Below, piece after piece: positions 17,404 through 25,181 of a stretch of DNA of 64,000 nt. Position 1 is the stretch's first letter; each line of letters begins with the position of its first letter. Under the pieces are notes generated by a model. It worked only from the letters and a program-made list of their open reading frames with translations, was not told where the DNA came from and did not search any database. Source of the stretch: Dehalococcoidia bacterium (GTDB lineage Bacteria > Chloroflexota > Dehalococcoidia > GIF9 > UBA5629); contig JBEKIW010000002.1 of the NCBI GenBank assembly GCA_050011565.1, positions 192,001-256,000 on the forward strand, read 5' to 3'. Both the position numbers and the translations under genes were made by a program.

Positions 17404-18648
17404 TTAAAATTTAAATCCCTTCTGGGTAAAGACCTTTATGCACGCATCCACCGCCTCCGGGGAATACAGTACACCCCTTTGTTGCAAGATTTCTAAAAGG
17501 GCTTCCTCTATGCTCAAGGCCGGACGGTAGGGGCGATGGGAGGCCATAGCTTCGACAACGTCAGCCACACTCATTATCTTTGCCTCAATTAGAATCTCGT
17601 CTCCGGAAAGCCCAAGAGGGTATCCGGAGCCATTCATCCTCTCATGATGTTGAAGGACTATCTGGGCTACAGGCCAGGGAAACTCTATGGTACTCAGCAG
17701 GTCATAGCCCACCTGGGCGTGGTCCTTGACCAGGTTGATTTCGTTTTGTCGTAAACGGCCCGGACGGCTAAGAATCTCCGCAGGCACATATATTTTGCCT
17801 ATGTCATGCAAGGTCCCGGCAACACGAACCCCTTCAATCTGGTTTTCGGAAAGACCGAGTTCTCTGCCAATGGAACAAGCCAACTTGGCCACGCGGTGTT
17901 GATGACCGGCTGTGTAGGGGTCTCTAATCTCCGTAGTCAGGGCGACGGCGTTGATGGCACCCTCAATAGCTCTTTGCAATCTAAGTGAAGTCTGCCTTAG
18001 CTCTTCGGCCGTCCGTTTGCGCTCACTGATATCACAGACAGCGCTCACTATTAGCTTTCGACCTCCCGACTCTATAATGAGGCTACTGATTTCCACCGGA
18101 GCTAAAGGTTTATTTTTGCAGACGTGAACTGACTCAAAAGTCAACTGGTTTTTTTCTATCAACTCAACAATCTTTGCCTTAACGGTCTCAACCTGCTCCG
18201 GAGCATTCAGTTCATAAAGATTTATCCGCAACAGCTCCTCTTCATCATAACCGTAAAACTGGCAAGCACGCTCATTAGCGTAAACGCACTTGCCTTCCAA
18301 GTCGTGAACGATGATTGAGTCGGTAGTAGCGTAAAAAAGCTGTGCATAAAACTCCACCTGTTCCTTCAATAGTTTTTGCCTGCCGCTAACACGGAGCAAG
18401 AACCATGAAACCACGGCTGCCGGGATAAGGAGAATTGTCAACGCCAGCACAAAAAGCTTGGTAAATATTGCGCCCCCGGTCACCTGAATATAGTCGGCAG
18501 AAATGAAAGGAAACGCCTGATAGTAGAATAAGGTCAAGGCCAAAACACCAAATGCGGCAACAGACAAGAATATAGTTATAAAGTATTCCAATGCTTGCCC
18601 GCGGTACCGGAGGCCTTTTGGAGATATTAATTGCGGCTTACGGCTCAC
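17404..18648 (-). CDS. Membrane PAS + HD-GYP c-di-GMP phosphodiesterase
   Basis: Two N-terminal TMs, PAS domain, RDPYTAGH, LHDIGK, HHERMNGSGYP. Confidence 0.92.
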   Translation of the reverse strand: MSRKPQLISPKGLRYRGQALEYFITIFLSVAAFGVLALTLFYYQAFPFISADYIQVTGGAIFTKLFVLALTILLIPAAVVSWFLLRVSGRQKLLKEQVEFYAQLFYATTDSIIVHDLEGKCVYANERACQFYGYDEEELLRINLYELNAPEQVETVKAKIVELIEKNQLTFESVHVCKNKPLAPVEISSLIIESGGRKLIVSAVCDISERKRTAEELRQTSLRLQRAIEGAINAVALTTEIRDPYTAGHQHRVAKLACSIGRELGLSENQIEGVRVAGTLHDIGKIYVPAEILSRPGRLRQNEINLVKDHAQVGYDLLSTIEFPWPVAQIVLQHHERMNGSGYPLGLSGDEILIEAKIMSVADVVEAMASHRPYRPALSIEEALLEILQQRGVLYSPEAVDACIKVFTQKGFKF

Positions 18649-18865
18649 GAATATCCTTTTTTAAACTGTCGACAATATTATCACTAACTTTAATGCCTGG
18701 TCAATTATAAACACAATGTGGACAGACTACCCCGCTATAGAATTTTTTAAAAGTTTTCATTTCAGTTACCTACAACTGCGCGGGAGAAAAAATCATGATA
18801 ACTTGAACCCGTTGAGTGTTGTAAGCCGGAAATCATCATGCTATAATGCCGATAGCTCGATAGCG

Positions 18866-18962
18866 GCTTTCCGAGCCTTTTGCCCTAAAGGAATAGCCAA
18901 GGGCATCGGCCGATAGGGTGCCACTGGAAACGGTGACGCCTCCCATCCTTGGAAAGGAGAGC
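18866..18962 (+). promoter_or_regulatory. Moco RNA motif riboswitch, P3-less (tungsten-cofactor, Tuco) type
   Basis: CUUUCCGAG...CCUAAAG...GGCCGAUAGGGU-GCCACUG GAAA CGGUGAC-GCCUCCC...UUGGAAAGGAGAG consensus elements; TGcTATAAT at 18839-18847; upstream of tupABC. Confidence 0.85.
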
Positions 18963-18986
18963 AGAGTTGAAGGGTATCTTTTTTAG

Positions 18987-19021
18987 AAAAGGCGCCGTCA
19001 CAGAAGCGGCGTTTTATTTTT
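18987..19021 (+). terminator. Intrinsic terminator (riboswitch expression platform)
   Basis: aaaaggcgccg tcacagaag cggcgtttt atttt. Confidence 0.7.
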
Positions 19022-19258
19022 GGCATAAAATCTGTCCATATTTATACGCTACATTTCTTAACTTTCTTCTAACCCCGCGTGACTTACTACTTTGTCTTTG
19101 CTATAATAAAATACCTGGCTGTTCCTGTCGCATTTGGCAGTTAACAACCACCAATAAATCGCCCCCTCTTCATCATAATGTCAGGCACTACAAATACTTT
19201 GTTGCTCGTATGCTTTAGAAAAATGTGTTTGATTCAAAAATCACAAGGAGTTTGAGAA

Positions 19259-20221
19259 ATGAATAAAAAAACTATTAAGATATCCTCGATATTAATTGCC
19301 GTAACGATTATCCTTTCGCTCTTAATTGGATGTGCACCGGCCACTCAGGCTCCGTCATCCCCGCAATATCCAGTTCATGCCCCCCTAACAAGGTTCAAAA
19401 TCGCTACCACCACCAGTCTTTACGACACAGGACTGTGGTATTATCTGGAGCCTATGTTTGAGAAATATGCTGATGTGGAAATGGATATCATTTACGCCGG
19501 CACGGGGATTGCACTCGAATATGGTAAGAGGGGTGATGTGGACGCGGTTGTAGTGCATGACCCTGCTGCAGAAGACCAGTTCATTGCCGATGGGTACGGA
19601 ATTAACCGAAGGTATTTTGCCTATAATTTCTTCCTAATTATAGGCCCACCGAACGACCCTGCCGGAATCAAAGGTTCAACCGCGACCGAAGCCTTTAAAA
19701 AGATATATGAGGCAGGTATAAAGGACCCGGATACCGTCAAGTTTGTCTCCAGGGGCGACAACTCCGGTACTCAATCCAAGGAAAAATTAATCTGGAGCAA
19801 AGCCGGCTTCAATTATGCTGATATTGAGAAGTCCGGAAAATGGTATGTAGAAGCCGGTCAGGGAATGGGGCCAACCCTGTTGATGGCCAATCAACAGCTG
19901 GCATACGTGCTGGCTGATATATCCACCTTCCTCGCCTATTCAAAGAAAAATAACTTGACCATTCAGCCTCTGGTAGAGCAGGACCCGGTGTTTCTTAACG
20001 TATATGCGGTTATGGCTATCAATCCAGAGAAGAACACGAATGCCAAGATCGATATGGCTAATAAGTTCATAAACTGGCTTATCTCTCCCGAAATTCAGAA
20101 TGTAATCGGAACTTATGGTAAGGCTGAATACGGCAGGCCACTGTTCTTCCCGCTGGCCGATGGCAGCTGCAATATGGAAGGTTGTCCCTCACCTGAAAAA
20201 TATTCTACACCGGTCCCATAA
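19259..20221 (+). CDS. tupA: Tungstate ABC transporter substrate-binding lipoprotein
   Basis: Lipobox LIGC; TupA signature ATTTS; GTGIAL; FVSRGDNSGT. Confidence 0.93.
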   Translation: MNKKTIKISSILIAVTIILSLLIGCAPATQAPSSPQYPVHAPLTRFKIATTTSLYDTGLWYYLEPMFEKYADVEMDIIYAGTGIALEYGKRGDVDAVVVHDPAAEDQFIADGYGINRRYFAYNFFLIIGPPNDPAGIKGSTATEAFKKIYEAGIKDPDTVKFVSRGDNSGTQSKEKLIWSKAGFNYADIEKSGKWYVEAGQGMGPTLLMANQQLAYVLADISTFLAYSKKNNLTIQPLVEQDPVFLNVYAVMAINPEKNTNAKIDMANKFINWLISPEIQNVIGTYGKAEYGRPLFFPLADGSCNMEGCPSPEKYSTPVP

Positions 20222-20292
20222 CGGTTTAAAAAATGAAGGCCGCGGGGATTCGACGACATTGACGGCATAATCAGTTAAGGCGGTAGGCTGAA

Positions 20293-20979
20293 TTGATCGC
20301 AATATGGCAAGGGTTTCTAAAAGCAATTGAGCTTATCCTCACACTTAACCCTGAAGTTTTGGAAATTACTGCCAGAACGCTGGTCATCTCCATTTCATCA
20401 ACCACAATAGCCGGTATTATTTGTTTACCTCTGGGCAGCCTGATTCATTTCAACAATTTCCGTGGAAAGAGGACACTGATAAATTTGATACAGACCTTTT
20501 ACAGTGTGCCCACTGTGGCGGTCGGCTTGATTGTATTTCTGTTGTTCTCCCGGTCGGGACCACTGGGTTTCCTGGAGCTTCTGTTCACACCTCAAGTCAT
20601 GATAATAGGTCAGGTAATACTGATATCTCCAATAATGCTAGGTCTGGTGATAGTTGCTTTAAAAGGTGTGGACCAGGCCGCATATGAGACTGCGATAGCC
20701 ATCGGTGCCAGCCAATTCCAGGCGACGACAATAATCATAAGGGAAGCCCGATATGCCATTTACTCGGCCCTAATATTGGGATTTGGCAGAGCTATATCGG
20801 AAGTCGGTCTGGCTTTGATGGTAGGTGGTAACATACGCGGATATACCAGAGTAATGACCACGGCTATTTCTTTGGAAACGTCTAAAGGGGATATCGTGCT
20901 GTCTGTCGCGCTCGGGATAATACTCATCAGTATAGCGCTTGTTATAAATTTTTCTCTCAGTCGACTGCAGCAGAGGTAG
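20293..20979 (+). CDS. tupB: Tungstate ABC transporter permease
   Basis: SRSGPLG, GFGRAISEVG, VGGNIRGYTRVMTTAI. Confidence 0.93.
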   Translation: MIAIWQGFLKAIELILTLNPEVLEITARTLVISISSTTIAGIICLPLGSLIHFNNFRGKRTLINLIQTFYSVPTVAVGLIVFLLFSRSGPLGFLELLFTPQVMIIGQVILISPIMLGLVIVALKGVDQAAYETAIAIGASQFQATTIIIREARYAIYSALILGFGRAISEVGLALMVGGNIRGYTRVMTTAISLETSKGDIVLSVALGIILISIALVINFSLSRLQQR

Positions 20980-20985
20980 TAATAG

Positions 20986-22068
20986 ATGGTTTTAGTGGAA
21001 ACTGTAAGCTTGAGACACGAATACGACGGACGCCCTGTCCTGATAGACGTGAATCTAAAGATAAACAGTGGCGAGGCCTTTGCTCTGATTGGCCCTACTG
21101 GCGCTGGAAAGACGACTCTGCTTAGGCTGCTTGACCTTCTGGAAATACCAACCTCAGGCAACATCTGCGTTAACGGTGTTGATGTTACCCACTCCCGTCG
21201 CCAACGGGCGGACACAAGGCGGCGGATGTCATTTGTGCAACAGAAGCCGTTAGTGTTCACCATGAGCGTCTATGATAACGTCGCTTGTGGTCTGAGATGG
21301 CGGCGAGAGGAGAAGGAGACCATTCACAGGAAAGTGGATAACGCGCTGGAATTAGTCAACCTGGCTGATTATAGAAATAGGAATGCCAAAACACTCTCCG
21401 GAGGAGAAACGCAGCGGGTGGCTATTGCCCGAGCCCTGGTTACAGAGCCGGAATTGCTCTTCCTGGACGAACCTACAGCCAACCTCGACCCTGTTTCTAC
21501 CGCTAAAGTCGAGGAGGTTTTAGCCCATGTAATTCGAGGGCGAAAGACGACCATAGTAATGGCAACCCATAATATGTCACAGGGGCAGCGTCTGGCTGAT
21601 AGAATCGGCGTGCTCATAGGTGGCGAAGTATTACAGATAGGCAGCCCAAATGAAATATTCTGTCTACCCACGAATATGGAGGTGGCTGAGTTCGTCGGCG
21701 TAGAAAACATCTTAAAGGGCGTGATAGTAGACAAAGAGGACAATCTGGTCACCATACAAGTGAATAGCAGCATCATACAAGCCATTTCTGACTATGAGAT
21801 AGGCGAGGCGGTCTATGCCCTGATAAGGCCTGAAGACGTAATATTTACACTGGCAAAAGGCAAGACCAGTGCCAGAAACGTCTTTGAGGGCAAAATAACG
21901 AAAATAGCCTCGGTGGGACCGCTGGTTAGAATTGAAGTAGATTGCGGGTTTCCGCTACTCGGAGTCATAACAAAAAGGTCAGCAGATGAGTTAGAACTTA
22001 AAGTTGGCGGCAGAATTCACGCCAGCTCCAAGGCGACAGCAGTGCATGTCATAAAAAGGTGGACTTAG
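20986..22068 (+). CDS. tupC: Tungstate ABC transporter ATPase with TOBE domains
   Basis: GPTGAGKT, LSGGETQR, LFLDEPT; C-terminal TSARN...TOBE. Confidence 0.9.
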   Translation: MVLVETVSLRHEYDGRPVLIDVNLKINSGEAFALIGPTGAGKTTLLRLLDLLEIPTSGNICVNGVDVTHSRRQRADTRRRMSFVQQKPLVFTMSVYDNVACGLRWRREEKETIHRKVDNALELVNLADYRNRNAKTLSGGETQRVAIARALVTEPELLFLDEPTANLDPVSTAKVEEVLAHVIRGRKTTIVMATHNMSQGQRLADRIGVLIGGEVLQIGSPNEIFCLPTNMEVAEFVGVENILKGVIVDKEDNLVTIQVNSSIIQAISDYEIGEAVYALIRPEDVIFTLAKGKTSARNVFEGKITKIASVGPLVRIEVDCGFPLLGVITKRSADELELKVGGRIHASSKATAVHVIKRWT

Positions 22069-22204
22069 CCTTCTCCCCAGTTTTATTCCTGCATATCGGG
22101 CGGGATTGTAGCCGATGCTCCGGGGTACCTCAATAACAAATCCTAAATCCCAAGCATCAAATCCCAAACAAATTCAAAGCACCAAATAACAATGATAGAA
22201 ACCC

Positions 22205-23335
22205 CTACAAATACGAGCCTATTGTGTCCAGGCAATTGCTTGTCCCGGTTCCTTCAATTATATCTCTGCTACCGCGCTCCCAGATAATATCGCCGCAGTC
22301 CTCCATAATCTCAAGGTGGGCTCTGATTTCGTTTTCCGCCAGTGATTTACCCATGCCGGCAAGCCGCGAAGGTGGAAAATGCTGGAGTACTATATCTTTT
22401 ATTTCAATCGGTTTATTATCAATAATTTTCAAGATGTCCCGGCATCGGTCAATATGAAACTGGATAATCTCCTTAGCCCGCTGGCAACTATCAAGCAGGT
22501 TGAATCGACCATTATAAAAAAGTCGATGGGCAGGAAAGGTAGCTTTAAGGGGTTGAGAGCGCAGATTGGCGATCTTGCTCAGAGACTTGATGTAGTTCAT
22601 TAGACCGTAGACATCATTTTTCTGCCGATATTCTTCCGGCAAAATCCGGTGATTGACCTTGAAGGCATATGCCAGAGAAGGCTGAGAGGTGATGTCCGGC
22701 AGCAAAGTATCGCCGGTAAAAATAACCTCGTCCTCCAGAACTATGCACAGCGAGTCAGGGCTGTGCCCCGGGGTAAATACGAAACTAAGTTCTTCGCCCG
22801 GCAGCTCCTGGCCATCAGTGATGGCAAAGTCAATATTCAGCGTACTTCTTGCCTTATGATATGGTAGACAATTCTTACGATAGAAGGCTTCCGGCATTCT
22901 ACAAACGCGGCAGGAACCAGGCAGCTCAGGATGTAGCGCGCCATCTGTTATGTGTGGGTGATACGAAATCATCTGGCGGTAAATGGTATGTGCCCATAAT
23001 TCAGCCGGCGCTGCCGAGATTATTTCAGCCACATTTCCATCGTGGTCTTCGTGGCTGTGGGTAACAACGATTCTCTGAATATCCGAAAATCTCTTGTCGA
23101 TCGACTTTAAAAGAGCTCCAAAAACGTCGAATTTCCCAAGCCGGCCGGTGTCTATCAGGGTAGTTTTCCGACCTGAGATTAAATAACACCAGGTCGGCCC
23201 AAGGTCCCAATCGGCATTGGCGTATATGTTAGGTACACCCAAACCAAAGACATCGGTCCCTTTGGCCGTCTTATAATGGATGACCATACCCTCTCCATTA
23301 TCTTTCCCTTTAACAATTACGTCCGGTGTCTTCAT
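22205..23335 (-). CDS. MBL-fold metallo-hydrolase
   Basis: THSHEDHDG, TPGHS, FTGD, PAH. Confidence 0.88.
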   Translation of the reverse strand: MKTPDVIVKGKDNGEGMVIHYKTAKGTDVFGLGVPNIYANADWDLGPTWCYLISGRKTTLIDTGRLGKFDVFGALLKSIDKRFSDIQRIVVTHSHEDHDGNVAEIISAAPAELWAHTIYRQMISYHPHITDGALHPELPGSCRVCRMPEAFYRKNCLPYHKARSTLNIDFAITDGQELPGEELSFVFTPGHSPDSLCIVLEDEVIFTGDTLLPDITSQPSLAYAFKVNHRILPEEYRQKNDVYGLMNYIKSLSKIANLRSQPLKATFPAHRLFYNGRFNLLDSCQRAKEIIQFHIDRCRDILKIIDNKPIEIKDIVLQHFPPSRLAGMGKSLAENEIRAHLEIMEDCGDIIWERGSRDIIEGTGTSNCLDTIGSYL

Positions 23336-23377
23336 GTTTAAGTAGTTATGACAAGTGATATTTTCCCAATATCTATT

Positions 23378-23722
23378 TTATGGCTCGACTTCAATACTTT
23401 CGATGTAAGATTCTTGTCCGCCAATCACATCAAGACCGGTACCCTGGCAATTAGGACAAATCCAGGCGGAATCGTTCGGATGGAAAACAGTCTGGCAAGC
23501 ACGACACCGCAGCTCTATCGGCACCAGTTTAAAATCAAGAGTTGCTTCCTCGGCTGCATTACCTTTCTTTAGAAAATCAAAGTAGAATTGAACGCAATCG
23601 CTGACGACCCCTGATAGTTCACCAATCACCAGATTTATCCTGGTGACCTTTTTTGCCTGAGCCGCTTTAGCCTGGTTCAAGACAATATCTAGTATACTCT
23701 GTGTTATAGATAACTCATGCAT
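23378..23722 (-). CDS. hypA: Hydrogenase nickel incorporation protein HypA
   Basis: MHELSI, CRAC...CPNC, GQE. Confidence 0.96.
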   Translation of the reverse strand: MHELSITQSILDIVLNQAKAAQAKKVTRINLVIGELSGVVSDCVQFYFDFLKKGNAAEEATLDFKLVPIELRCRACQTVFHPNDSAWICPNCQGTGLDVIGGQESYIESIEVEP

Positions 23723-23910
23723 TGTAATTAGCTAAGCAGATTTTTTAATGTCAACCTGTGAATTATAGGCTTTTTACGAGCGGCTTTTCAAAAATGTACG
23801 CCACTGTCCTTGACAAAACAGGGCGAAGTCGCTAAAGTCTCTAGCCATCTGCCCGGATTGCAGTATGCAATATGATTCTTAGTCGGATTAGATGTCCTCG
23901 GAGTCGTTAA

Positions 23911-24909
23911 ATGTTAATTGCGGTAGATGCTATGGGCGGCGACTACGCTCCCAGAGAAGTTATAAAAGGGGCCATTGAAGCAGCCAAAGAATTCCCAATA
24001 GACATCGCGCTAGTCGGCAATAAACCTGTCCTCGAGATGCTGCTTCGGCGTTACTCTAAAAAATTGAACCTGTCCATTATTGAGGCGAGTCAGGTCGTCG
24101 AGCAAGATGAAGACCCTGTACAAGGGATTCAGAGCAAACCGGACGCGACAATATGTGTCGGAGCCAGACTGGTAAGAGATGGCATAGCTGACGGATTCGT
24201 CTCTGCCGGCAGCACCGGGGCCGTGGTAGTCGCCTCATTTCTTAACCTGAAGATGATAGCGGGCATCGAGCGTGTGGCAGTTTGCGCCGTCGCCTATCTC
24301 AACCAACCTCAACCGAGCCTAATCATTGATGCCGGGGTTAACGTCAACTGTCGCCCCATCTTCCTAGTGCAGTTCGCCCAGCTGGCTAGTATTCTAGCTG
24401 AAAAGGTTATTGGCATAACTTCGCCGCGGGTGGGCTTATTAAATATTGGCTCAGAGGAACTTAAAGGCAACACCCTGGCTAAAGAGGCCCACCAGCTCCT
24501 AAAAAAGACCGACCTGAACTTCATCGGCAATATAGAAGGTTTTGACGTCCTGCAGGGGAAAGCCGACGTAATAGTAACTGATGGTTTTACCGGCAACGTT
24601 TTGGTCAAGACAATAGAAGGCTATTCGCAAGTAATACAGAGTTTGCTGGGGATGGGACAATCGGCCAAAATCGACCGTTATCTCACGGGTGCTGCCCTGG
24701 CCCAATATATACAGCTCACCTCGACTGTAAAAAATCTGGACTACAAAGAATACGGCGGAGCATGTCTCCTGGGATTGGAAGGGAACATCGTCATCGCGCA
24801 TGGCCGCAGTCGAGCTAAAGCCATCACCAGCGCCATCTACCTGGCTTATCATGCCGCGAGGCAGGGAATAGTTGAAGCCGTCAAAAACTGCTGCTACGCA
24901 TCCGAATAG
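23911..24909 (+). CDS. plsX: Phosphate acyltransferase PlsX
   Basis: IAVDAMGGDYAP, SAGSTGA, LLNIGSEELKG, VTDGFTGN, AHGRS. Confidence 0.95.
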   Translation: MLIAVDAMGGDYAPREVIKGAIEAAKEFPIDIALVGNKPVLEMLLRRYSKKLNLSIIEASQVVEQDEDPVQGIQSKPDATICVGARLVRDGIADGFVSAGSTGAVVVASFLNLKMIAGIERVAVCAVAYLNQPQPSLIIDAGVNVNCRPIFLVQFAQLASILAEKVIGITSPRVGLLNIGSEELKGNTLAKEAHQLLKKTDLNFIGNIEGFDVLQGKADVIVTDGFTGNVLVKTIEGYSQVIQSLLGMGQSAKIDRYLTGAALAQYIQLTSTVKNLDYKEYGGACLLGLEGNIVIAHGRSRAKAITSAIYLAYHAARQGIVEAVKNCCYASE

Positions 24910-24967
24910 CACTTGTATAACGTACCACAATTACCCTCGACAGGCAGATAAAAAGGGGGTAAAAGCA

Positions 24968-25144
24968 ATTCCTATAATTAAGTTGGAGCCAGGGGTAAGC
25001 CAGGTTATCAAATCATTCCTTGCCGATAAAGGTATACAGCAGCCTGTTCGCATTGAGCTTAATTTTACCGGCTGCTGCGACGCATCACTTTGCCTGCGCG
25101 CGGACACTATCTTGGATACCGATTTCAGCGACATTAAGATTTGA
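24968..25144 (+). pseudogene. Truncated IscA/HesB-like protein
   Basis: RBS gggggt then ATT; ...PVRIELNFTGCCDASLCLRAD... stops after 58 aa, lacking the C-terminal half. Confidence 0.55.
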
Positions 25145-25181
25145 CCTAAACTTTAAGAAATAAATTAAAGGGAGAGAGCAG

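Noticed and set aside
20240-20260. ggggattcgac resembling a tmRNA 5' end or tRNA T-loop
   Set aside because: No matching 3' domain or cloverleaf in the 70-nt spacer
22135-22200. Degenerate ~7-nt A-rich repeats (aaatccc...), similar tracts at 50757-50870 and 450-478
   Set aside because: Low-complexity spacer sequence between genes; no associated gene or regular periodic array to support a function
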